A stretch of 64,000 nucleotides of DNA from Phyllobates terribilis (Eukaryota). Shown here in pieces: positions 52,527 through 64,000 of this stretch. Below the pieces are notes generated by a model. That model was not told where the DNA came from and did not search any database. It saw nothing but the letters and a program-made list of their open reading frames with translations. Positions within the stretch are counted from its first letter, which is position 1. Each line of letters begins with the position of its first letter. The translations under genes and the position numbers were made by a program. The stretch is taken from the NCBI RefSeq assembly GCF_046119375.1, contig NW_027362772.1, positions 303,180,001-303,244,000 of the forward strand, given 5' to 3'.

Positions 52527-53829
52527 TGTGACACTACTACTCCCATCGGCCTATGTCTGTCCCCCGTCCACTCCTGCCAGCAGGATCAGCTCGATGGGAG
52601 CAGTAGTTCCCATCAGCCTGATCCTGCTATTTAAATTGCCCTACTGTGTCCCCAATAAATGTTAAATACATGTCATTGGTGGCCAGTGGTTACCTAAAAG
52701 AAATTAGTTCATACATTACCTGTCCCCGCCGATCGCCACCTAAAATAAAGTAAAAAATAAAAAACTACACCTATACTCACCAAGACACCTAATTCCCCGA
52801 AGCCATCGATCTCCTGTAATAAAATATAAAATAATAAACCACAACCTTATCCTTACCCGTCCGTAGTAGTCCACGAGTGTCCCACGAAGATCTCCAGTTC
52901 AGAGCAGCCACATAGAATGTGACCGCTCTGAACCGCTGCCGCCGCTAGAATGACGGGGCCGTAAGGGTTCACCGGAGTTCAGGCAGCGCTGCTCCGGTTA
53001 GCTCCTTTACGGCACTGCTGTATCGTGAGAAATTCCCACGGTACAGCACTGCCGTAAAGGAGGTCTCCGGAGCTGCGCTGCCTGAATGCACTCCGGTGAC
53101 CTCAGTCAGTGGCTCCCGCTGCCGGGAGCGGACGTGTTCCCGGCAGCCTGAGCTTACAGCAGCCATGCACAGCTGTCACCATCTCCAGATGTGACAGCTG
53201 TGCATGGGAGATCAGCGCAGGAACGTGGACAGGTAACTATTTTTTTTTTAGTAAACTAAGAATTAAATAAAATGGTGTTTTATTTCAAATAAATTATTTT
53301 TTTCTGGGTGTAGTGTGTTTTTTCTTTTTAACACTTTGTAGGTTAGTAATGGGGGTGTCATATAGACGGCCATCATTACTAACCTGGGCTTCATGGCAGC
53401 TGGCGCTGACATGAACCCCACCACTATTACCCCCTGCCACCGCACCAGGGCAGCGTGGAAGAGCGAGGCTAAGTGCCAGAATTGGCGCATCCTATGGATG
53501 CGCCATTTCTGGGGCGGCTGACGGCTGGTGTTTCTAGCCTGGGAGGGGGCCAATATTCATGGCACCCTTCCTGAGCTATTAATATCAGCCCCCAGCTGTC
53601 TGCCTAGCCTTTGCTAGCTATTAAAATAGAGGGGACCCCACGTCATTTTTTTTTGGGGGGTCCCCCATTTTAATAGCTAGTAAAGGCTAGGTATTCAGCT
53701 GGGGGCTGATATTAGTAGCCTGGGAAGCTCCGTGGGTTTTACCCCCTTCCCAGGCTTCAAACATCTGCCCCAGCCGTCTGCTTAACCTCCGCTAGAGACT
53801 AAAATTATGGGGGATCCCACGCCATTTTT

Positions 53830-56760
53830 TTTTTAAATAAATCCTTTATTTTAACACTAAATGACATTTGAGGACTTAATAAAGATGCAGTCCCTAAATT
53901 ATTATTTATTTTTTAATAAATTTTTCCCAAAACTTTTGACGTGGGCTTCGCCATATTTTTGTATGCCAGCCAGGTACAGCATCCAGCTTCTATGAACGCG
54001 CCATTTTCCGGGGCGGCCGCGGACTGCAATTTTCAGCGGGGGGGGGGAGGGCAAAAAGCTTGGGCCTCCCTGCGCTGCAGATTCCATCCCCCAGCTGCCT
54101 AGTTGTACCTGGCTGGACACAAAAATAGGGAGAAGCTCCACGTTTTTTTTTTTTTAATTATTTCATGAAATTCATGGAATAATTAAGAAAAAAAGGGCTT
54201 CCCTATATTGTTGTGTCCGGCTAGGTACAAATAGGCAGCTGGTGGTTGGGGGCAGCCCGTTCCTGCCTGCTGTACCTGGCTGGACACAAATATAGTGTGA
54301 AGCCCCACGTCAATTTTTTTTTAATTATTTCAGGAAATTCATGAAATAATTAAAAAAAAATTATGTGGGGCTTCGCCCTATAATTGTGTCCAGCCAGGTA
54401 CAGCAGGCAGGAACGGGCTGCCCCCAACCACCAGCTGCCTATTTGTACCTAGCCGGACACAACAATATAGGGAAGCCCTTTTTTTCTTAATTATTCCATG
54501 AATTTCATGAAATAATTAAAAAAAAAAATGTGTGGCGCTTCGCCCTATTTTTGTGTCCAGCCAGGTACAACTAGGCAGCTGGGGGCTGGAATCTGCAGCG
54601 CAGGGAGACCCAAGCTTTCTGGGTCCCACCCGCTGCAAATTGCAGTCCGCAGCCGCCCCGGAAAATGGCGCGTTCATAGAAGCGCCATCTTCTGGCGCTG
54701 TACCCAACTCATCCAGGGCCCTGGTGCGGTGGCTCACTGGGTAATAAAGGGGTTAAGGCCAGCTTGGCATTATCAGCTGGCCCTAAGCCCGAAATTCATG
54801 GGGTCACGCCAATATTAGACATGACCGCCATGAATTTCTAGTAAAGTATTTAAAAAAAACACAAACACCCAGAAAAAAGTCCTTTAATTGAAATAAAGAC
54901 ACAATTCTTTATTGTTCTAAATTAAACCATACTTACCGCCACACCCATTCCAGCTGAAGCCAACGATCTCCTGCAATAAAAGTAAAATAATAAAGCAACC
55001 TCATCCTTACCTTTCCATGGTTCCCAGGACAGCTTCAGCTCTGCTACATCGAGATGACAGGCTGGACCGCAGCAGAACGCTGCCATCCAGCCTGTCATCC
55101 CGCAGACACTGAGAAGCGCAGGCATGCTTGCGCTCCTCAGTGTCTTTCTGTGACGTCATCCAGATGAGCCGAGGTCATGTCCAATGAACTCAGCTCACCT
55201 CATGCACGTCACTGACAGCGTGGGAAAATTCTCCTGCACTCAGCGCTTCAGCGTGAGAATTCTCCCACGCTGTCAGTGACGTGCATGAGGTGCGCCGAGT
55301 TCATGGGACATGACCTCACCTCATGCACGTCACTGACAGCGTGGGAAAATTCTCACGCTGAGTGCAGGAGAATTCTCCCACTCTGTCAGTGACGTACATG
55401 AGGTGAGCCGAGTTCATTGTCGGCTCATCTGGATGTCGTCACAGAGAGACACTGAGGAGCGCAAGCATGCCTGCGCTTCTCAGTGTCTGCGGGATGACAG
55501 GCTGGATGGCAGCGTTCTGCTGCGGTCCAGCCTGTCATCTCGATGTAGCAGAGCTGGAGCCGTCGTGGGAGCCATGGAAAGGTAAGGATGAGGTTGCTTT
55601 ATTATTTTTCTTTTATTGCAGGAGATCGTTGGCTTCAGCTGGAATGGGCGTGATGGTAAGTATGGTTTAATTTAGAACAATAAAGAATTGTGTGTTTATT
55701 TCAATTAAAGGACTTTTTTCTGGGTGTTTGTGTTTTTTTTAAATACTTTACTAGAAATTCATGGTGGTCATGTCTAATATTGGCGTGACCCCATGAATTT
55801 CGGGCTTAGGGCCAGCTGATAATGCCAAGCTGGCCTTAACCCCTTTATTACCCAGTGAGCCACCGCATCAGGGCCCTGGATGAGTTGGGTACAGCGCCAG
55901 AAGATGGCGCTTCTATGAACGCGCCATTTTCCGGGGCGGCTGCGGACTGCAATTTGCAGCGGGTGGGGCCCAGAAAGCTTGGGCCTCCCTGCGCTGCAGA
56001 TTCCAGCCCCCAGCTGCCTAGTTGTACCTGGCTGGACACAAAAATAGGGCGAAGCTCCACGTTTTTTTTTTTTTAAATTCATGAAATTCATGGAATAATT
56101 CAGAAAAAAAGGGCTTCCCTATATTGTTGTGTCCGGCTAGGTACAAATAGGCTGCTGGTGGTTGGGGGCAGCCCGTTCCTGCCTGCTGTACCTGGCTGGA
56201 CACAAATATAGTGCGAAGCCCCACGTCAATTTTTTTAAATTATTTCATGAATTTCCTGAAATGATTTAAAAAAAATTGACGTGGGGCTTCACACTATATT
56301 TGTGTCCAGCCAGGTACAGCAGGCAGGAACGGGCTGCCCCCAACCACCAGCTGCCTATTTGTACCTGGTTGGACACAACAATATAGGGAAGCCCTTTTTT
56401 TCTTAATTATTTCATGAATTTCATGAAATAATTAAAAAAAAAAAATACGTGAAGCTTCTCCCTATTTTTGTGTCCAGCCAGGTACAACTAGGCAGCTGGG
56501 GGATGGAATCTGCAGCGCAGGGAGACCCAAGCTTTCTGCCCCCCCCCCCTCCCCCCGCTGAAAATTGCAGTCCGCAGCCACCCCGGAAAATGGCGCGTTC
56601 ATAGAAGCTGGATGCTGTACCTGGCTGGCATACAAAAATATGGCGAAGCCCACGTCAAAAGTTTTGGGAAAAATTAATTAAAAAATAAATAATAATTTAG
56701 GGACTGCATCTTTATTAACTCCTCAAATGTCATTTAGTGTTAAAATAAAGGACTTATTTT
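53830..56760. repeat. About 2.9-kb near-perfect palindrome centred at about 55296
   Basis: Mirror ORFs 54516-54737(-)/55855-56076(+) and 54922-55125(-)/55467-55670(+) share the same centre; arms match out to about 53830/56760. Confidence 0.9.
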
Positions 56761-57419
56761 AAAAAAAATTGACGTGGGGCTTCGCCCTATATTTGTGTCC
56801 AGCCAGGTACAGCAGGCAGGAACAGGCTGCCCCCAACCACCAGCTGCCTATTTGTACCTGGCCGGACACAACAATATAGGGAAGCCCTTTTTTAAAAAAA
56901 TTATTTCATGAAATAATTAAAAAAAAATTGACGTGGGGCTTCGCACTATATTTGTGTCCAGCCAGGTACAGCAGGCAGGAATGGGCTGCCCCCAACCACC
57001 AGCTGCCTATTTGTACCTGGTTGGACACAACAATATAGGGAAGCCCTTTTTTTCTTAATTATTCCATGAATTTCATGAAATAATTTAAAAAAAAAATGCG
57101 TGGGGCTTCGCCCTATTTTTGTGCCCAGCCAGATACAACTAGGCAGCTGGGGGCTGGAATCCGCAGCGCAGGGAGACCCAAGCTTTCTGGGCCACCCCCG
57201 CTGCAAATTGCAGTCCGCAGCCGCCCCAGAAAATGGCGCGTTCATAGAAGCGCCATCTTCTGGCGCTGTACCCAACTCATCCAGGGCCCTGGTGCGGTGG
57301 CTCACTGGGTAATAAAGGGGTTAAGGCCAGCTTGGCATTATCAGCTGGCCCTAAGCCCAAAATTCATGGGGTCACGCCAATATTAGACATGACCACCATG
57401 AATTTCTAGTAAAGTATTT

Positions 57420-58320
57420 AAAAAAACACAACACCCAGAAAAAAGTCCTTTAATTGAAATAAACACACAATTCTTTATTGTTCTAAATTAAACCATACTT
57501 ACCATCACGCCCATTCCAGCTGAAGCCAACGATCTCCTGCAATAAAAGTAAAATAATAAAGCAACCTCATCCTTACCTTTCCATGGTTCCCATGACAGCT
57601 TCAGCTCTGCTACATCGAGATGACAGGCTGGACCGCAGCAGAACGCTGCCATCCATCCTGTCATCCCGCAGACACTGAGAAGCGCAGGCATACTTCCACT
57701 CCTCAGTGTCTGGCTGTGACGGCATCCAGATGAGCCGAGGTCATGTCCAATGAACTCCGCTCACTTCATGTACGTCACTGACAGCGTGGGAAAATTCTCC
57801 TGCACTCAGCACTTCAGCGTGAGAATTTTCCCACGCTGTCAGTGACGTGCATGAGGTGAGCTGAGTTCATTGGACATGACCTCACCTCATGTATGTCACT
57901 GACAGCGTGGGAGAATTCTCACGCTGAAGCGCTGAGTGCAGGAGAATTTTCCCACGCTGTCAGTGACGTGCATGAGGTGAGCTGAGTTCATTGGACATGA
58001 ACTCGGCTCATCTGGATGACGTCACAGAGAGACACTGAGGAGCGCAAGCATGCCTGCTCTTCTCAGTGTCTGCGGGATGACAGGCTGGATGGCAGCTTTC
58101 TGCTGCGGTCCAGCCTGTCATCTCGATGTAGCAGAGCTGGAGCTGTCCTGGGAACCATCGAAAGGTAAGGATGAGGTTGCTTTATTATTTTTCTTTTATT
58201 GCAGGAGATCGTTGGCTTCAGCTGGAATGGGCGTGATGGTAAGTATGGTTTAATTTAGAACAATAAAGAATTGTGTCTTTATTTCAATTAAAGGACTTTA
58301 CTCTGGGTGTTTGTGTTTTC
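57420..58320. repeat. Second palindrome (about 0.9 kb) centred at about 57870
   Basis: Mirror ORFs 57488-57691(-)/58050-58253(+). Confidence 0.88.
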
Positions 58321-58860
58321 TTTTAACTTTGACTATGGGGTTAGTAATGGGGGTGTCTTATAGACGCCTCTCCATTACTAACCTGGGCTTGATGTCAGCT
58401 GGCATTATAAGCTGACATCAACCCCAACCCTATTACCCCCTGCCACCGCACCAGGGCAGCGTGGAAGAGCGAGGCTAAGTGCCAGAATTGGCGCATCCTA
58501 TGGATGCGCCATTTCTGGGGCGGCTGACGGCTGGTGTTTCTAGCCTGGGAGGGGGCCAATATTCATGGCACCCTTCCTGGGCTATTAATATCAGCCCCCA
58601 GCTGTCTGCCTAGCCTGTGCTAGCTATTAAATTAGGGGGGACCCCACGTCATTTTTTTGGGGGGGTCCCCCATTTTAATAGCTAGTAAAGGCTAGGTATT
58701 CAGCTGGGGGCTGATATTAGTAGCCTGGGAAGCTCCGTGGGTATTACCCCCTTCCCAGGCTTCAAACATTTGCCCCAGCTGTCTGCTTAACCTCCGCTAG
58801 AGCCTAAAATTAAGGGGAACCCCACGCCAATTTTTTTTTAAATAAATCCTTTATTTTAAC

Positions 58861-59400
58861 ACTAAATGACAAGTACAGTAATCAACACTGTCACTGTACT
58901 TCATATATATGTGACTGACATGTTTCTATCTATCTAATCTATGTGTGATTCTCTATTCCTTCTATTCTAAATTGTCGGGTACAGATGCTGAATTGCCGGC
59001 CGGCTTTCTTAAAGAGACGGTGCATGAAAACACTATTATTTTTTTAAATAAATCCTTTACACTAAATGACAAGTTCTGTAAGCAACACTGTCACTGTACT
59101 TCTTATATATGTGACTGACATGTTTCTATCTATCTAATCTATGTGTGAAGCTCTATTCTGTCTGTTATAAATTGTCGGGTACAGATGCTGAATTGCCGGC
59201 CGGCTTTTTTAAAGAGACAGTGCACGAAAACACTAATATTTTTTTTAATAAATCCTTTACACTAAATGACAAGTACAGTAAGCAACACTGTCACTGTACT
59301 TCATATATATGTGACTGACATGTTTCTATCTATCTAATCTATGTGTGAAGCTCTATTCTTTCTGTTGTAAATTGTCGGGTACCGGTGAATGCCGCTGATG
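58861..59400. repeat. 200-bp direct repeat, about 3 copies
   Basis: ACTAAATGACAAG at 58861, 59061, 59261. Confidence 0.9.
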
Positions 59401-60819
59401 AATTGCCGGCTTTTCATGTCATTCTACATTATTCTTAGTTGTTTTACTTCATGTAGAATTAACCTACAAGGAAAGAAAGGGTTTATTTTCATTCCGATAT
59501 TTGTGTCCCATTGACTTGCATTGGTTTCCGGTATCGGAATCGGCGATATCCGATACTTTTTGGGTATCGGCCCGATCCAATCCGATACGATATTTCCTGA
59601 TATCGGAAGGTATCGCTCAACACTAATAAAGACGCTTCAGATGATCCTGCACTACATAAAGTTTGGAAAGGTTGAGTCACCTGTGATTGGCTGGGAGACC
59701 TCATGTTGATATGGTGGTGGAGGAGAACAGTGATTTATACTAAGAGGTGAGAAGTCTGTGAACTCCCACCCTCCTTACAGGTCCTGTCCTGACTAATCTT
59801 ATCACATGTGGACAAGGTCCCTGCCTTCCACTACATTAGTACACTCCTCTCCTGAAATACTCTGTGCTGCAGGACACCACGTAAAGCTCAATGTTTCATG
59901 AAATAAAATGAGAACAAAAGTATATCTGATCTTATTGGTTTATTTTAAAAGGGTTTCTATTTGATTAGTCATAAATAAAGCCACCACACCGAGGGAACTG
60001 GACAGGATCCTTAGTATAGTGAATATATGAATAAAGCCACCTGCAGATTTAGGTCTGTTATATAAGTAACCTCAGGGTCATTACATGCAGCTAAATGAGG
60101 GTCTTCAATTTAGAAGATATTTACCCTCGATGAGGGGGGATCACAAAGTTTCCCACTGCCGGGACTTCCAGCGATCAGCTCTAATCTGTTTTCTATTTCT
60201 CTGTAGCGCCCCCAGAGGAAAAATATTACATTACACCACCGAGACAACAAATTTTATCAGGTAATCTGTGTAAGGCAGTAGAGGAAGGGTCCGCCAGTGC
60301 GAGAGACACGCTCTATAACCGCTCCACTCTGACCAGGATATGAGGGTCCTAAACAGAGGACCCTCCCCTGTTAACTCATAATTCTCTAATAAAGTCTGTT
60401 TATTTCTTTTCCATCCTTTAAACATTACTATGTAGAGTCCAAAGAATCTTTTCAGGAGGGAAAATTAGTGATTTGTTTTGTCACTGGTTCAAATTGTCTC
60501 TTCAGAGAGGAAGAGAACTAGAACTCTAGCGCCACCTATAGGAAGTAGCAATCCTGGTAACGCACAGACCAAAAAAAGAAAAAAAAAATGTCCTACAGGG
60601 AAAGGGTCCAGTACCTCAGAGAGGCCCTGGAAGGAACCAGGTTTATAAAGTCATCAATCACAGATGAAGGACAAGAAGGCGACATGTGCAGCAGGAAGCG
60701 GAAAGGATGAAGCTTGTGGCCATAATATTTGGACTACTCAGAGGAAGAACATGACAGACAGGTAACACAGAGGGTCCAAACAAGGTTTTAGAAAGGTTGA
60801 TGGCCCCATGAGATCCCTG

Positions 60820-62720
60820 GGACAGGAGACGGGGCCCCAAGAGAGCCGGGGAGGGTGAGCAGGAGATTGGCCACCACGAGGGCAGGAGACGGGGCCCCAA
60901 GAGGGCCGGTCGTGGGCAGTAGAGGGGGTCCCAAGAGGGCCGAGGGGGACGACGACAGGAGTCCCAAGAGGGCAGGGGACGACAGGAGACGGGGGTCCCA
61001 AGAGGGCAGGGGACGACAGGAGACGGGGGTCCCAAGAGGGCAGGCGACGACAGGAGACGGGGGTCCCAAGAGGGCTGGGGGGGAAGATGACAGGAGACGG
61101 GGGTCCTAAGAGGGATGGGGGGGAGATGACAGGAGACGGGGGTCCCAAGAGGGGGGGGGGGGGGAGACGACAGGAGACGGGGGTCCCAAGAGGGCCGGGG
61201 GGGGAGATGGGGGTCCCAAGAGGGCCGGGGGGGGAGATGGGGGTCCCAAGAGGGCCGGGGGGGAGATGGGGGTCCCAAGAGGGATGGGGGGGGAGATGAC
61301 AGGAGACGGGGGTCCCAAGAGGGCCGGGGGGGGGGGGGGGGGAGACGACAGGAGACGGGGGTCCCAAGAGGGCCGGGGGGGGAGATGGGGGTCCCAAGAG
61401 GGCCGGGGGGGGAGATGGGGGTCCCAAGAGGGCCGGGGGGGGGGAGACGACAGGAGACGGGGGTCCCAAGAGGGCCGGGGGGGGGGGGGGGGAGACGACA
61501 GGAGACGGGGGTCCCAAGAGGGCCGGGGGGGGGGGGGGGGAGACGACAGGAGACGGGGGTCCCAAGAGGGCCGGGGGGGGGGAAGACGACAGGAGACGGG
61601 GGTCCCAAGAGGACCGGTGGGGGGGGGGGTTAGACGACAGGAGACGGGGGTCCCAAGAGGGCCGGGGGGGGGGGGGAGACGACAGAAGACGGGGGTCCCA
61701 AGAGGGCCGGGGGGGGGAAGACGACAGGAGACGGGGGTCCCAAGAGGGCCGGGGGGGGGGGAGACGACAGGAGACGGGGGTCCCAAGAGGGCCGGGGGGG
61801 GGGGGGGGGGAAGACGACAGGAGACGGGGGTCCCAAGAGGGCCGGGGGGGGGGGGGGAAGACGACAGGAGACGGGGGTCCCAAGAGGGCCGGGGGGGGGG
61901 GGGGGGGAGACGACAGAAGACGGGGGTCCCAAGAGGGCCGGGGGGGGGGGGGGGAAGACGACAGGAGACGGGGGTCCCAAGAGGACCGGGGGGGGAAGAC
62001 GACAGGAGACGGGGGTCCCAAGAGGGCCGGGGGGGGGGGGGGGGAGACGACAGAAGACGGGGGTCCCAAGAGGGCCGGGGGGGGGGAAGACGACAGGAGA
62101 CGGGGGTCCCAAGAGGGCCGGGGGGGGGGGGGGGAGACGACAGGAGACGGGGGTCCCAAGAGGGCCGGGGGGGGGGGAAGACGACAGGAGACGGGGGTCC
62201 CAAGAGGGCGGGGGGGGGGGGGGGAAGACGACAGGAGGCGGGGGTCCCAAGAGGGCCGGGGGGGAGACGACATGAGACGGGGGTCCCAAGAGGGCCGGGG
62301 GGGAGACGACATGAGACGGGGGTCCCAAGAGGGCCGGGGGGGGGGGGGGGGAAGACGACAGGAGACGGGGGTCCCAAGAGGGCCGGGGGGGAAGACAGGA
62401 GACGGGGGTCCCAAGAGGGCCGGGGGGGAAGACAACAGGAGACGGGGGTCCCAAGAGGGCCGGGGGGGAGACGACATGAGACGGGGGTCCCAAGAGGGCC
62501 GGGGGGGGGGGGAAGACGACAGGAGACGGGGGTCCCAAGAGGGCCGGGGGGAAGACGACAGGAGACGGGGGTCCCAAGAGGGCCGGGGGGGAAGACGACA
62601 GGAGACGGGGGTCCCAAGAGGGTTAGCGGGAAGACGACAGGAGAAGGGGGTTCCAAGAGGGCCGGTGACGACAGGAGACAGGGGGTCCCAAGAGGGCCGG
62701 TAGGGGGCAGGAGACGGGGT
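60820..62720 (+). repeat. G-rich minisatellite with variable poly-G runs
   Basis: GGGGGTCCCAAGAGGGCC-(G)n-AAGACGACAGGAGAC, n roughly 5-15. Confidence 0.95.
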
Positions 62721-62994
62721 CTCAAGAGCGAAGTAGATGGGTGCCTCTAGAGGGTGAGGGCAGGAGACACCATAAGGCCACAGACAAGTGAAGCGGTACA
62801 CAGTGCGCTTCATACGGAGGCTGTTCTACAAGGATAAGGACTTATTTCAGGACAACTAGGAGGCCGCGCAGTCTCAGGACAATCTCTGTCTGATGCCGGA
62901 GTAGCCTGGAACATCGGGTCTCTGATGGCCATGGACACAGTGAGGAGGAGTGTAGGGTCCATCATGAGATGAGCATACCTCCCCACCTCCCCAG

Positions 62995-63247
62995 GTCCAG
63001 AGGATATTCCTCGATTTTGGGAGCCCTCTCGATTTCCCGGAGGTCAGTGGCAGATCTCTGGGTCAGCTGGACCAGGCCGGGGTGTGTGAAGCTCAGTCTG
63101 GGCTCCGTCCTCCTCCATTGCCAACCACGATCTATGGCAGAGCCTTCTTCTTACTCCTGCAGAACTGGTAAAAGTGAACCGGACGAGGTCAGGGGTCGTC
63201 ACTGGACAGGATATCTCCCAATATTCCCAAAGCTGGGAGAAATGCAG
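62995..63247 (+). other. Candidate exon (open in one + frame); an overlapping - strand candidate exon spans 62979-63232
   Basis: CCTCCCCACCTCCCCAG acceptor and CAG/GTGAGG donor on +; product not recognised. Confidence 0.3.
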
Positions 63248-63439
63248 GTGAGGATCAGGAGTCAGGGACGGTGACTGCACCGGGACAAGGTGAGCACCTG
63301 CCCCCCACCAGTGCTGCTCCTCCTGCACATGACATGTACTGTCCTTGTACCCCTCTGACTAGTCATGTAGCTGCACTGCAGGCTGCTCCACCTGCACAAA
63401 CGCCACAAGTGACGCAGGAATGCGACACATCTGTCACCT

Positions 63440-63640
63440 GAGCTTCCCGAACGCTACAACCCCCAGTACTCACCGTCCACGTGGGGGAAGATATTAAGCG
63501 CTGCACAAGAAAAGAAAAGCGCTTTCTCATTGGACGAAACCTCAGCCCCGCTCGTCCATTGGTTGTCCTCCCGTGACGTCATCAGGATGCGCGCAGCTTA
63601 GTGAAGCCAGCGCCGGAGCAGGTAGGGAGCAGTAATGTGG
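63440..63640. promoter_or_regulatory. Probable bidirectional CpG promoter
   Basis: ATTGG (inverted CCAAT) at 63529 and 63558, TGACGTCA at 63574-63581, divergent donors: - strand GTGAGT at 63473 and + strand CAG/GTAGGG at 63622. Confidence 0.55.
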
Positions 63641-64000
63641 CGGACGTGTGTGTCTGTGTCACCTGTCACCTGTCACCTGCGGGGAGAACGCGGGCGGCTG
63701 TGGTCGGTGACCCGGCCCTGTCCTCACCCGGCTAGGGCCATGTCTCTGTCCAGGCTGCAGTGTAAAGGAGGGAGGTGGCAGCTCATTGTCTGCATGTAGC
63801 CCCAGGACGTGTCCTGCCTCCATCATACGTCGTGTTCAGGATCAGCTGCGGATTCTGTGCTGCAGTCATAACACGAGCTGCGGACTGCATTGCTGATTGC
63901 GCCCTCCACCGGCGGTGGGTAAAATCTGCAGCTTGTCTGGCAGCTAACGCGTGCTGCTCCGACTCAGTCCTCACATTGCAATCTGCAGCGTTTCTGCACA

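Larger units (their letters stand above)
51771..59625. mobile_element. Large non-autonomous hAT-type DNA transposon (7.86 kb)
   Basis: TIR TAGTGTTGAGC/GCTCAACACTA, 8-bp TSD ATAAAGAC at 51763-51770 and 59626-59633, subterminal CCGATA motifs, no transposase seen. Confidence 0.88.

Noticed and set aside
54516-58253. Repeated 60-120 aa ORFs (MPALLSVCG..., MSHRTRALD...)
   Set aside because: Mirror images generated by the palindromes inside the hAT element; no recognisable domain.
60658-62813. 691-aa and 539-aa Pro-rich and 494-aa Gly/Arg-rich ORFs
   Set aside because: Products of the G-run minisatellite; frame changes with homopolymer length.
63044-63118. In-frame TGA after MEEDG...EICH as selenocysteine
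   Set aside because: No SECIS or selenoprotein homology visible; a uORF or chance is simpler.
63622-64000. LZIC, RBP7 or UBE4B coding exons expected from mammalian synteny
   Set aside because: No translation in the window resembled these proteins.

Overview
Eukaryotic, vertebrate (most likely anuran amphibian, inferred from the repeat content) genomic window, about three-quarters repeats. The one confidently identified gene is an intact nmnat1 on the - strand: 4 coding exons, join(31190-31307, 22020-22203, 21794-21930, 21266-21666), 840 nt, 279 aa. A near-identical second copy of its first coding exon and flanks lies 24,095 bp downstream (7095-7268). The rest is: nested and decayed Ty3/Gypsy chromoviruses, solo LTRs, a Gmr1-type Gypsy fragment, three near full-length Tc1-superfamily elements (two DD38E, one DD34E), an internally deleted L1, a V-SINE, MITEs, a 7.9-kb non-autonomous hAT element packed with long palindromes, and tandem arrays with 86, 87, 30, 31, 32, 50 and about 45-bp units. 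There is a 130-N gap and a probable bidirectional CpG promoter at 63.5 kb. The most unusual signals are (i) repeated TE insertions, plus an excision footprint, at one 7-nt site of the 86-bp satellite unit, with a second Gypsy family inserted twice into an 87-bp repeat, and (ii) a promoterless nmnat1 duplicate with a sense-oriented solo LTR upstream and a stop-free 18-codon leader that permits WldS-like in-frame fusions. No prokaryotic features or CRISPR arrays were seen. All comparisons were made by eye; no searches were run.
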